64,000 bases of DNA from a virus. Its lineage: Duplodnaviria; Caudoviricetes. The position numbers and the translations under genes are program-made. Positions 47,571 through 59,500 of this stretch are shown here, one piece after another (the stretch's first letter is position 1; the number at the start of each line of letters is the position of its first letter). Under the pieces are notes generated by a model. The model had not been told where the DNA came from, did no database searches, and was given only the letters and a program-made list of their open reading frames with translations. Where the stretch lies: the IMG/VR virus record IMGVR_UViG_3300020161_001040, positions 6,467-70,466 of that record. The stretch is one strand, 5' to 3'.

Positions 47571-48607
47571 GATTCGCTACCTCCGCCACCACCATCACTG
47601 TAAGACGGATCTTGAACGTCGCTACCCGTCCTGGTGACTTTAACTCCGGTCGAACTACCTACATTGCTATTAGAATCGTCAAGACCCTGGACTACGAAAG
47701 CATCTCTGATTTCATGATAAGCGACCTCATTCTCTTCAGTCCAACCGTCCCGATACTTTACACCAGTCCCAGCTTCGACGGCAGTTATGATCTCCCCGTT
47801 GGATATTAATGTGGTACCATCCGCGCGATAAAGCTGACCTCCCGCTATGTCAGTAATTCTAAATTTAGTGATATTAGGCTGAGAAGCGGGTTTATTAATC
47901 GAAATTAGACCGGACATTTGACCAGGATCGACGGACACATTTGAATACGCTGGAGCGTTGGTAGTGCCAGATCCGGACATCATCTGAACGGTATCATACT
48001 CTGACCCCGCCAGAACCGCGCCCACTCGGCACCGACCGTACGCAATAGGTATCCCCACTCCCTGCTCATACGTATTTAAATTCCCCTCAAGTAAGAAAGA
48101 ATTATTGCTTCCGTCCTTACTTGAAGTAGATGCCTTAGGTGTAGGAGCTAACATCATAGCGACACCAGATAAAGCCACCGCGAGGCCGAGCAGCGCCATA
48201 GAACCGTATGTTAAACTCAGACCGGCAACCCCCGCCACTGTTCCTGCTCCTAAGAATCCAGGAAGAGCAACGCCCATAGCACCACCCGAAGCCACGATGG
48301 CAACTGCTATGATAGCTACCCCAATTATCGCCTTAAAAACTCCCCCCCTGCTACCGGACCCTTCCGGGACCGGTATGACATGCAATTCTCCCTTACCTAC
48401 TCCGAAGGTAAGTTCGTTGATATCAAGATCTTGTTCAACTGGTCCGTGTTTCACCACTACCCTATAGTAGCCTGTCTCGAAATCGTTTTTGAAATTCTTA
48501 AAATTGACCATCAATAGTCGCACGGCCTGGGTGGGCCGGTTAAAATGCCAATCATAAGGACCGCCATACACGTCCTTAAGATGGCCGTGTAAATGAATCA
48601 TCGTCAT
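47567..48607 (-). CDS. Tail assembly protein I-like with C-terminal extension
   Basis: IHLHGHL..YG, LHVIPVPEGSG, QGVGIPIAYGR..VG; ATGA overlap with K. Confidence 0.85.
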   Translation of the reverse strand: MTMIHLHGHLKDVYGGPYDWHFNRPTQAVRLLMVNFKNFKNDFETGYYRVVVKHGPVEQDLDINELTFGVGKGELHVIPVPEGSGSRGGVFKAIIGVAIIAVAIVASGGAMGVALPGFLGAGTVAGVAGLSLTYGSMALLGLAVALSGVAMMLAPTPKASTSSKDGSNNSFLLEGNLNTYEQGVGIPIAYGRCRVGAVLAGSEYDTVQMMSGSGTTNAPAYSNVSVDPGQMSGLISINKPASQPNITKFRITDIAGGQLYRADGTTLISNGEIITAVEAGTGVKYRDGWTEENEVAYHEIRDAFVVQGLDDSNSNVGSSTGVKVTRTGSDVQDPSYSDGGGGGSES

Positions 48608-49317
48608 GGATTGTACCTCACCCAATGATGTACGTATTTTCTCCAGGGCATCACGTTCTCTCTTCTAGATAGTCTGTTAGATAAATGATGCACTATGGTG
48701 CCTGGATCAATTAAAATACCAGCATGGCTCGGGTATTTACCCACCACTTGCGCTATGAATACGTCTCCAGGTTCTGGAATCGTAACTATCTTAAATCCGG
48801 CTTTGCCAAAATTTTCTAAATATAGGTTCTCACCCCTCAACCACCATTCAAGATCTCTAGGAAAATCCATGAGATCAATATTCCGCTCTAGTTTATACCA
48901 ATCTTTAATTAGAGCGTAACAGTCTCCCATACCATCAGAACCGGACGGTCCGTTTCTAAATGATCTACCAATAATAGGTGGGATATTTACCCCAGGCCCC
49001 CACCATAAAGGATCAGTACATCTATCTTCCGATGTACAAACTAGCCCCCAGGTCTTACCGGTGGAGATTTGTCCCTGGATATCTCTGCCAGTGGGATAAT
49101 GGTTGTTATTAGGATGGGAATGAACTATAGCCGACGATTTCTCCAACATTCCATTGAACACCACTTCATCGGACATTCTGAAGTCAGTCTCTGGAGTTTC
49201 GTGAATATTATCTACGGGAACAAATTCATCATCAATAACAAACCCGCACATTTCTTGCGGATATTTCTGCATCGCGTGTTGGCGAATGGCTTCAACGCAA
49301 GTTCTAGAAAACATCAC
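48604..49317 (-). CDS. Tail assembly protein K-like (JAB/MPN + NlpC/P60)
   Basis: HAMQKYPQEMCG, VHSHP..PTGRD, DCYALIKDWY, HAGI. Confidence 0.9.
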   Translation of the reverse strand: MMFSRTCVEAIRQHAMQKYPQEMCGFVIDDEFVPVDNIHETPETDFRMSDEVVFNGMLEKSSAIVHSHPNNNHYPTGRDIQGQISTGKTWGLVCTSEDRCTDPLWWGPGVNIPPIIGRSFRNGPSGSDGMGDCYALIKDWYKLERNIDLMDFPRDLEWWLRGENLYLENFGKAGFKIVTIPEPGDVFIAQVVGKYPSHAGILIDPGTIVHHLSNRLSRRENVMPWRKYVHHWVRYNP

Positions 49318-50075
49318 GGTCTGAGCCTAGCTGCACTAGGAAAGGCACGAGTTGGAAGTGGATCGGTGGTTCCAAATCTTAGCCTACAATCCGACAGCTT
49401 CTTACCACATCTATCGAATCTTTTGTTGGCCTCGTTGAGAGGTTCACCTCTCTCATTGAAGAATCCGTCTTGATGTCTATAAGGGCATGTAGCTATGCCG
49501 AAATCGAATTGCCCTGTAGAGATATTATAGTGTAAGAAATCCCCCCTATCAGCGTTAAACACCAGATATCTATGGGTGCATACGTCTCTGAGTATTTGAC
49601 GACCGGGAATTAACTTACCCTCCTGGTCCATAGACGCAGCCAACTCCCATTCAATAAAGATTTTGGTATGGGCGACCTTCCTGTCGATTTTGTAAATGTC
49701 TAAAGGAAAATGGGCCGTGGGATCGGGGCTGGTTCCGTCATCTAGGAATCGTCTGAAAGTCCTAATTCTAACAAAAGGAGCCCCCAGCAAATCATTGTAA
49801 TTGTTAACCAATCCACCCATAATTCTGTTAGCATTGGCGATTCTTATCTTAGGAGTAGGTAGCGTTCCTCTACCATTCCATTCGAACCCGTCTACTTCAA
49901 GATCAATGGGGTAATATGGCTGTCCTCCGTACATCAAGGGACCACTCTCTCTGGAAGACTGAGTAAATCTAAATACCTCATTACCTCCGATTCTGGTCAG
50001 ATCTAAATAGTACAGCGCCACATAAGTGTCAGTAGATAACTTGGTACCTTCTTGATCAGCTTGTGTAATACTCAT
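49314..50075 (-). CDS. Minor tail protein L-like
   Basis: YYPI..DGFE, RIRTF..FLD, IEWELA, IPGRQI, C-terminal Cys (CGK..DC). Confidence 0.9.
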   Translation of the reverse strand: MSITQADQEGTKLSTDTYVALYYLDLTRIGGNEVFRFTQSSRESGPLMYGGQPYYPIDLEVDGFEWNGRGTLPTPKIRIANANRIMGGLVNNYNDLLGAPFVRIRTFRRFLDDGTSPDPTAHFPLDIYKIDRKVAHTKIFIEWELAASMDQEGKLIPGRQILRDVCTHRYLVFNADRGDFLHYNISTGQFDFGIATCPYRHQDGFFNERGEPLNEANKRFDRCGKKLSDCRLRFGTTDPLPTRAFPSAARLRP

Positions 50076-50557
50076 GGCGAGAAATCTCTTTCCAGGCTAA
50101 CCTTGAAACTCTCATACATCGGAAAGACTCTTGTTGCATTCCATTTAATTGCCACATACTTTCTGATCACGGATGCACCGGTCGGAGTCCATCTAAATGG
50201 TAGCCCTTGGGTGGCGGAGAAGAAAGAGTCGATCCAATTGGAATCGGTGAAATGTAGACTGTCCCAGGAAAGCTCCCAGTTATCAATTATATTATTGATC
50301 CCGTCTGGAGATCTTTGTTTATATCCGTCTCCAAAATTCGCTACTTTAACCTTTGGGGTGATATCCCTGCTGACGCCACCAGGGGTGGCTTGATAAGGGG
50401 GCCAAAAATACAGATCCCATGCGTTAATAGTACCTCTGGCGTAGTAAAATCCATTACTGGTATTCTTATAAACCGAATTGGAAGGAAGCAGCGACACGCT
50501 AGGAGCGGTCGCGCTCTCACCAATATAGTTTATTCCATCTGGGGTGAAGTTACTCAT
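50072..50557 (-). CDS. Minor tail protein M-like (distal tail) with N-terminal extension
   Basis: NFGDGYKQRSPDGIN, PFRWTP. Confidence 0.88.
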   Translation of the reverse strand: MSNFTPDGINYIGESATAPSVSLLPSNSVYKNTSNGFYYARGTINAWDLYFWPPYQATPGGVSRDITPKVKVANFGDGYKQRSPDGINNIIDNWELSWDSLHFTDSNWIDSFFSATQGLPFRWTPTGASVIRKYVAIKWNATRVFPMYESFKVSLERDFSP

Positions 50558-50565
50558 TTATCCCC

Positions 50566-53500
50566 TCACTGGTTGAACATTCCGCCGCTTCTCATTTGGC
50601 GGCGAGTTTCATCTGCGTACATGGCCCTAAACTGATCAGCAACCGCCTTAGCCACTTGATTACCAAGATCAGCATTCTGCTCAGAAGTACCAGAACTACC
50701 AGCCACATTAACAGTGACGTTGACGGTGATGGCAGGACCGCCCTGGGATTCCATCATAGCAGAAGGCGTACCCCTGCTAGAAGAGGCTATTTCCTGCGGA
50801 GTGTTACCCATCCAATCCTGCAACATCGAGCGCCCGTCGAGAACCACGGTCCCGGCGTTAATCATCAAGCTGCTGGTCGTAAGTTGGGACCCGATGGGAG
50901 ATTCCATCGGAGAGCCTCTGAACGTATCGCTCATTGCTTCAACGCCGAGTCTGCCATTCGGTAGTCTACGCAGCGGCATGATTGCCTCTGGTCCCGCTTC
51001 CCCCATTAAACCATACCCGTTCCTCATAGGGAATAAGGTAGGCTGGGTTACTAGACCACCCGTCGCGTAGGGGGTGACTCGCCCACCACTAAACACGCCG
51101 CCCATAGCATATTTTTTCTCACCGCCCGCCATAGGCGCACCACCGGAAAATACTCCGCCATCTCCGAATGTCATTCCCATAGATTCAAGGATTAGCTTAA
51201 AGCCCATCATAAAGACTTTCTTTATGATGATCTCTTCGATCACCTTAGCTAAGAAGTCCGTGATAAAGGACCTAGCCATTTCCTTGAACGAACCCTTGCC
51301 GGTGGTCAGCAACTCAGCAAAGTGGCGCGAAGTGATTCTAGCGAAGCCAGACATGGCTTCACCGGCCAGACCAATTTCCGTGGAGAGATTAACAAACGAC
51401 TCTTTCATATTGAGCGCTTGGCCTAGTTGATCATAAGCGATTTCAAGTTCCCCAACTTGGGTTCTGGCTCCATCCAATAACTCGTTGTGTCTAATGATGG
51501 CCTCATCAGTAGAGGAAATCTCCGACCTCAACCTCTCCGCTTCGCTACCTGACCCCCGATTGGTGTCCTCCAACCCAGTTAGTTGGGTACGGCGCGCTTC
51601 ATTTTCCGCAGAGAATTGGTTTACTCTGCGAGTACCGTCGTTTATGAAATTGTTGATTGACCCAACGCGCTCGTCACGTTCATTGTTATTTTGGGTTCTA
51701 TCTCTGCGAATCCCAGACAAAGCATTAATGCGCTCAGCCTCACGATCAAATCCAAATGTTCTCAGCAGATCACTCTCGTTAGAGATCTGGGAAGTTTCTA
51801 CTCTGTTGTTTAACTCCCTCATTCTCCTATTACGAGGGTTGTTCGGGTTATTAGACATGCTATCAAAACCGGAATTAGCGGCATCTAATCTAGCCTGCCT
51901 TACTCCGATCTGTGTTCTGAGAGCGGCAGCCTGAACGCCTCCACCCTGGCCGGAAGCCTCTAGGCGAGCTAAGCCACTGCCTAAATCATTCACAGCCTGC
52001 CTATAACGATTGATTTCGTCTATGAAAGCGGACAGCGATTTCAGATCCTCGTCTACTCCAGTTAGACCAGCGGCACGGGAAGCACTTTCCAGGGCGGAGT
52101 CTCTGCGGTCTATTCTACGGATCGCGTTGGCCATCAACTCCAGGTTTACAATCTGCTTGCGCTGAGACTCACTTAGATTTTCTCCGCCCACTAATACGCT
52201 TTCGTAATATTCTTCGGCAGCTTGAGTGGAGTTAGTCCAACCAGTAACGGTGCGCTGGAGACGGGCGATCATGTTATTGAAAGAGTTGGCGGCACCATCA
52301 GTAGCACCAGTGGCGTTTCTAATCGCACCATCTCTAATCTGCTGGGTGGAAGCATTGACCTCAGCAATGATTTGTTCATTACTTAGATCTTTTCTGGTAA
52401 TTCTAAGGAACCTATCGGCTTGCCAGCGAAACGCTTTTTCTTGGCTCGCTCCGCCTTTACCTTTGCTGGTCGATAACGCTTTTTCAAATTCTTTCCGAGC
52501 TTCCTCCAATCTCGACTGTTGCTGTAACTGGCTCCGTTCGGCATCGGTCACTGGTCTGGCAGTTAGACCGGCCCTTGACTGAGCTAGCAAAGCAGAAGCC
52601 GGGCCAGCGGTTCCTGCAGTGGCGAGTGCCGACAGTCCGTTTCTGATGACTCCGTTCACCTCGCTGGTAAATTTAGCGCCAGAAAAACTACTTAGTAAGC
52701 TTTGTAGATCGCTAAGAGCAGAGAACGCTCTACCCGTCATACCGGCTACACCACGGAGGCTGGAAGTGATGCCGTCATTCTGGAGAATATGCTGGGCAGC
52801 AGCCTCGCCCGCCATCTTGCGAGCTTCGGCCATCAGTTTTTCCAAGCTCTCAACTTGTCTGACAACAGGAGCGCCTTGCAGCAGAGCTTCTGCCTTCCTC
52901 TCTTCGAGTCTCACATTAGAGGCTAAAGCGATATTTTGAGTCTCTAATTCTTGGGTGCGCTGCGTAGTTAGATCATCTCTATACTTACCTATTCCGCGAT
53001 TCATAACACTAAGTCCACGCTGTTGCGCGAACTGGGCAACATCGCGATCAATACCTTCTGGAACGGCTGCGATAGTCGTGCGTTTTCTGACGTCATCGAT
53101 GGCGCGAGAAACTTCAAGATCTTTTTGTTTGGCACTAGTTACCCCAGCCAAAGCTTTAGCTAATTCTCCGTTATCACGGATTCCATTTTGACGAAGTAAT
53201 TTCTCGGCATCTAGCTGGGCATTCATTTGATCAACCGCCTCAGTGCCGAGACGATAAGCGGACGCTAATCTTTCAGTATCTCTAATTTCTTGATCAGCGT
53301 TGCTTAGAGCGGTAACATACGGCTGCATTCTTCTGGAGTATCGTTCTAGATTGGACGCCTTTTCAGCTTCAATCATGGCTTTAGTAGCGGCTTCAAGTGT
53401 ATCCTGAGAACCAGGACTTTCCGAATCAACATTGCGATTACCGATTACATCTTTAAAAGCTTTCATTCCAGCCTCTGACGCAGCGTTTTTATCTGCTAGA

Positions 53501-56500
53501 TTTAGGATCTGGGCCGGATCTCCAGTCAGGGACGTTATAGACGTCTCGACGGATCTACGAGATGCTTGCTGCGACGTTCTGGCTCGTTCTTCTAGAGCTA
53601 GAGTTTCGTTTTTAATATATTCGGCTCTTTGATTTTCGATAAGGAAAGATATAATCCGAAGCTCTCCCTCTCTCTTAATTAAGTCGTTCAACTTCTTTTG
53701 AGCGTCTTCACGGTCTTGGGTGGCTCTAGTTATATCTTCCTGACTACCGCTCTGGTTAACTAGGTCATTTTGGTTTTGATCAGCAGTGATTAAGGCTCCT
53801 CTGGCGTATTCAACGGCTCTTCTAGCGGAGTCTAACAACCCAAGCTGAACCTGATCTCCAATGATTCTAAAATCTAGGCCGAGACTTCTGCGGATTTCGG
53901 AAAGCTCATACAGCTTACGAGATAACTCATCAAGTCCTTCCGTAGCAAACTTGCGAGTCTCCTTATTAGCGTTTTCAATAGCATCTCTATAATCGAAATT
54001 CACGACATTGGCCGCATCTGCAGCTTGCTTAGCTAATGCACCGGTTCTGTCGGCTAGTTGTTGACTGGTAGTACCTGCATCTCTTTCAGCATTCACTTGC
54101 GCGATTAAATCACGACTTTCTGTTTGGTCAACTATGTTAAATCTTCTGGCTTCCTTGATAGCAGAAATTCTAGAGTCTCTGAGATTATTTCTTCTTTGTT
54201 GTTCTACAAGAGCAGCCTTTTTGGTTTCTGCCTCAACCCCATTCTGAGTTTCCTTATTCAGGGTAGCCTGGGCCTGGGCAACGTCTAAAATGATATCCCT
54301 ATTTCTCAACAGCAACAGAGCCATATCACTGTAAGCGTCAGGATTGGCTCTTGAATTCTCTGCGTTCTTTAGTCTTTCAAGTAACACAAAATACTCTTGC
54401 ATCTGGGGCATCAATTCCCTAATGCGAGCTTCTGGTACCCCTGTACGGCGAACCATGCCCCCTATCTGTCGGTTATCTAGATTCGTTTGATTTACAAGGC
54501 TGAGAGAAGAAGCGGCGGATTCTCCGTGTTTAGCACGAATTTCGGAAAGAATTTGTTGGCGTCTGGCTGCCGCATTTAACATCTGGTCCATGCTTACGTC
54601 AGTGCCTCTTAAGGCCCGAGTCATTTCATCTCGTAAATTTCTCCCGGTATCTACAGTTCCGCCAAGTACGCCCGACACGCCTCCGGATTCCACTCTGGTA
54701 GTGGTTCCAAGATATTGATTCACTGCCTGTCTGGCAGTGTCGGCAGCCTTAGCGGAGTCCTGTAGCTGCTTATTGATGTCGTTGATGGCGTTAGTCATAT
54801 TCATTGAAGTGTAGTTGCCTTGGAGCAACCGTTCGTTGGCTTGCCTTAAAGCGTCTATCCGTCCAGTAGCGGCGTCCAAATCTTTCTGAACTTGGGTAGT
54901 ACGATCTTTAGTTAAAATATACCAAGCAGCGAATGCGGTCCCTGCGGCTGCTATCCACCCCACAACGGGAACACCAGCCAGGAACATGGCGGCGCGACCT
55001 AAAAGACCTATACCGGCGGCTGCCTTGGCTGCAGCTAGTGAAATCATAGTGGCTCCAGCTGCCTGAGTAGTCATCACTACAGCTAGACCGGCCAGAGCTA
55101 TAGCCGCGCCTTCACTTTGAAGCTTAAATTGATTGGCCGGATCAGTAACCCTCTGGTACACAGTACCAGCATTATTGATCTCGTCAGTTACTCTAGACAT
55201 TTCCTCTCGTAGCTGCATCAGTTCTTGGCGAACCTGATCCAATTGTCTTCTAGGAATTTCAGCCCTTAGGGCATTACGAGTGCCTCGCATATTCTCGTTG
55301 AAGGATGGGGTAGCATTATTAACTTGATTATTCAGAGAAGCTTCGGATCTCTCTAACTGCTTGCGTCTATCTTCCAATCTATTTAAACGAATTTCCATCT
55401 CGTTTAATGGACGATTGGCTGCTCCAGAGATGGAAGCTGACCCCGTATTGGGATCAAGTGCTGCTTTCATGGTCATAATCGACGCCGACGCTTTGTCAGC
55501 CGATGTAGAAATGCCCATGAAGTATTCGGGAATACCAGCTAATATGCCCGATAATAACACTGCAGCTATAGTTCCACCGCGTAGAGCCATCGCTACGCCG
55601 GTCAACAGAGCGGCTACACCAGACATAGCCAGAAGAGCGCCAAAAGCTAAGACGAGTCTGGATACTAGCTCAACATTTCTTTCAATAACCCCGGCGAACT
55701 TGTCGAATCCTTTAACAAAATCATTGATAAGTTCTCTGATGGGGCCACCGTTCATCACGGATTCAAGGGTATCAATGATTCTCTTGAACCCACTCTCTAG
55801 ACCAATCTTGAACAAATCCTGAGAGAATACAGTGAAAGTATTCTTAAGTCTGTTAAATTCAGCTAGGATTTTATTAGACATCAAGGCAGCAGCGTCAGCC
55901 ATATCGGTGCGCATTAATCTAGCGACTACGGGCAGTACCTGACTGGCCGTTACTTCGCCAGCCTTCATAGCTTCTTCGAACTGTTGCATCCGTTCGGTAG
56001 TGATTCTGGTAGTCTCATCGATTTCACCGCGAGCGATGAAGAAGGCTCTGGCGAATGTATTGGCGACACCGGGAAGTCTATCGCCTAATTGCTGCCTTAA
56101 TTCTTCCGCCATTACCTTGCCCTTGTTCATCATCTGCTCAAAGGCTCTGATGATGCCACGGGTGTTCTCAGAATCCATACCGAGAGCCTGAGAAGCGACG
56201 ATGGTGGACTCAAAGATGCTACGAAGCTGGTCCTGGCTATAACCCATAGCTTGGGCAGCGGCAGCCAATCTAGCGTAAGGCTGAACTAGGTCACCATACG
56301 AGACACCAAGCTGATCGGCGGTTGTCTTCAGATACTCCATTTCACGATTAGCGCCTTGGATTGTCGGGAAAGTCGCCCTTAGGGCAGCTTCCATTCTATC
56401 CATGGCGATTGAGGTCTGAGTGACAGCCGTGACTATAGTTACAAATCCGGTAGCGTACAACACAGCTTGCAGAGTATCGAGAGAATCGATCACTCTACTC

Positions 56501-59500
56501 ATGCTTCTAGCTTGCTCTAGGAACGCCCTGCTATTATTCTTCTGAGCCTCAAGGAACGAAGCCTTCCTTTGCTCAGTCTTGGCTATCTCGGTCTGTAAGC
56601 TCAGTAAGAGATTTTGTTGAGTAACAATAGACTGATTAACTCTATCGATTTGATCTTTGTACTTATCATCTAGAACTCCAATACCTCCTTCAGATCGGTC
56701 TTTAGCAATGTTCTGAATTTCTTTAAGCTTAGTCTTCTGTAGTTCAATACTGTCAGCTACTACGGAAGAAACATCTTTGAGCTTAGATAGGGAAGACTCA
56801 TAGGAATCGATGCTTTGCTTGGTTGATGCGAACTCAGTACGAACCTGAGCCATCACCAATTTAGCCGTGGAGGAAACGTCTCTTAATCCAGAGTTGATCT
56901 GACGAAATTGATCCGCTCCTATAATGTTGAACATTGAAGCTTGCTGGGGCTGACGGCTTCCCATAGACGTGATAGTCTTGTTGATAGACTCAAGTTGAGT
57001 CTCAGCCTTGTCTAGGGTCCCAAGGGCTGAGGTGAAGGACCGCTCGACACGAGAATCAGCAGCATCACCAAAGGCTCTTCTATACTCCACCCACCCGTCT
57101 CTGAATTTGCCGATTGCCTCAGAATAAGCGTCTCTGAACGAATTAAGGCGACCAATATGGTCAGCCGTTGGCATAGCCGTACCAATTTCTTTGTTAACTT
57201 CACGAATAGCCGAGCGCAGTTCGTAATAACTACGAATTATAGCATCAGCGCTGGGGGGCAGAGCGCCGCCGCCCGAACCATCAGCGTCTGGAGGAGTGGG
57301 GGGAAGACCGCCACCGCCACCGGTTCCTCCACCGCCGCCACCGATTCCTCTGCCACCGCCACCGCCACCGCCACCGCCATTGACCAAGCGATCTGATTGT
57401 TTGATCAGAGAAGAAATTTGGGACAGAGCCCCTCTCATACGATTAGCTGATTCTTTAGTGCTCTTTCCGAGAGAATCGCCCTTTTGCTCTACATATTCCA
57501 AATTGCGACCTAAAGCTTCGGCCATGGGGCCGTAAGCCGCTGCTACGAACTGTTTGAAATCTTCTAATTTTCTACGAGTATTTTCGGTAACTGTTCCAGT
57601 TAAATTTAACTCGGCCTTAATCTCAGTAGCTAGTGTTTTAGAAGCATTAGCGATTTTCTGAAAAATGCCAAACTTCGCGTCCTCAGTCACAACGGCACCA
57701 GTGGATTGCGTGAGACGCTCAATTAGTCCGGCGCGAAGTTTCTGAATGGATGATATATCTGAATTAGGCAGCAAGCTGTTGAGATCGGTAGCAATGGAGC
57801 GGATACGATCATCCCGTGTAGCAGTGCCGACCTGACTTAATTTCGTATAGAACTCCATCGCGGGCTTGAATACATTTATGGCCGTCTGAGTATCTCGAAT
57901 GGCCCGGTCGACTAGAGCCACCATCCCTTGGTCAGCTTTTTGATCATTAGCTAACAATTCTTTGGTCTTGGATAATTTCTCAGCGTTCTGATTAAGCTGC
58001 TCAATAACTTTAGCTTGTCTTTCAGGATTTTGTAAAGCCTCATCCGCAGTCTTCCTCAAGTCGACTAAACGCTCTTGAGTGAGAGATGAATTCTTGAGTC
58101 TGGTTTCCAATTCCCCGGATAGCGTGTTGGCCTTCCCAGCTTCAGTTGTACGGTTGTTGGCGTATCGATTCATTTCCAGAATTTCCGCCCGTTCTAGCGC
58201 CTGTCTCATGCCTGGGCTTATATTGGCGCTAGCCTTAGTCTTTGCGTCGGTAAGAACTGCTATAATGTCACGAGTGGTCTTCGCCATGTTTAACATATCG
58301 GCGGCGCGAGCTTCCGAAATCTTCGCGTCCTGAGCCAGCCTCTTAACTGACTCTGCCATCAAAGCGTCGTATACCTTAGAGTTGACTCCTACGTCATAAC
58401 CGGCTTCATGGGCTAAATCAGCGTCGTATCCAACTCCATATCGCTGAGCCACGGCACCTAGTGCATTAGGAACTCCGGGATTTAGGAATCTGGCTAATTC
58501 AAGGGTATCAATGGTATTAACTTTACCGAGCATCTCATAATCTTCTTTAGAGATGCCTCGTCCCACATAGAAGCTAGCTGCCTCTTTCATTTTGCTAATA
58601 TCGAACTTGTCGATGTTATGACCAACCAGTACCAATTCTCCGGTAGCTTCCTTCATTCCCTTAATGAAATTAATAAATTTATTGATAGCCTTCATCTCAT
58701 CAAAAGTATCAGGACCACCCTGTAATACCGCTTCGCCCATCTTTTTAGCGCCGGAAGTCAAGGGGGTAGAATCGTCATCTTCCCCCATAAACTTGCGCAA
58801 GCCACCAAGAAAATCTCTAAGATCCTCGACATTGCGCTTCACGTAAACGTTCATAGACTGCGCGTCTTGACCGCCTACGACTCTCTGAGCGAATATCTGT
58901 AGTATGCGGTTAACTTGAGAACCATCGTCCCTAGGCTTGAAAGCAGTCTCGATATCAAATACGACGCGAGGACGTAAATCTCTCTGTAGTTTGTTAACAG
59001 CTGTTTGATCGACCATATTAGACGTCGATTTCCTAAAATCAGCAATATCCGTGTTCATTTTTACAATAATTTGCTCAATCCGATTCAACTCCGCACGAGC
59101 ATTGCCAAGTGCTTCCTTGCTGAATAGGGCTTTGTCCCCATCCATAAATCCTAGCTTATCCATCACATTGAGAGTGGATACGAAAGTGGCAGCAGATTTG
59201 CGGGCCGATTCGAATTTGACGGGCATAACTTCAAGATCGCGAGACATCTGAGCAAATCTAATGTCTCTGTCAGATCCGGTGAGTCCTGACAACTCCGATT
59301 TGAATTTATTTAATGTTCTGGTTGATTTCTCAGAACTACTGGCAAGAGCGGTAAACATCTTGTCGTTGTAGCCAAGTGCGGAAGTAAAATTATTTACGCT
59401 TACTTTATTATCTTTCATCAACCTAAAGAAGTCTTCAAATTCAGACGACAAACCCGCTATACTAGTCTTAGTTTGGTTAGTAGCCGTCAGAATATCTAAA

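Noticed and set aside
57296-57535. Poly-Pro plus-strand ORF
   Set aside because: Reverse complement of the TMP poly-Gly linker
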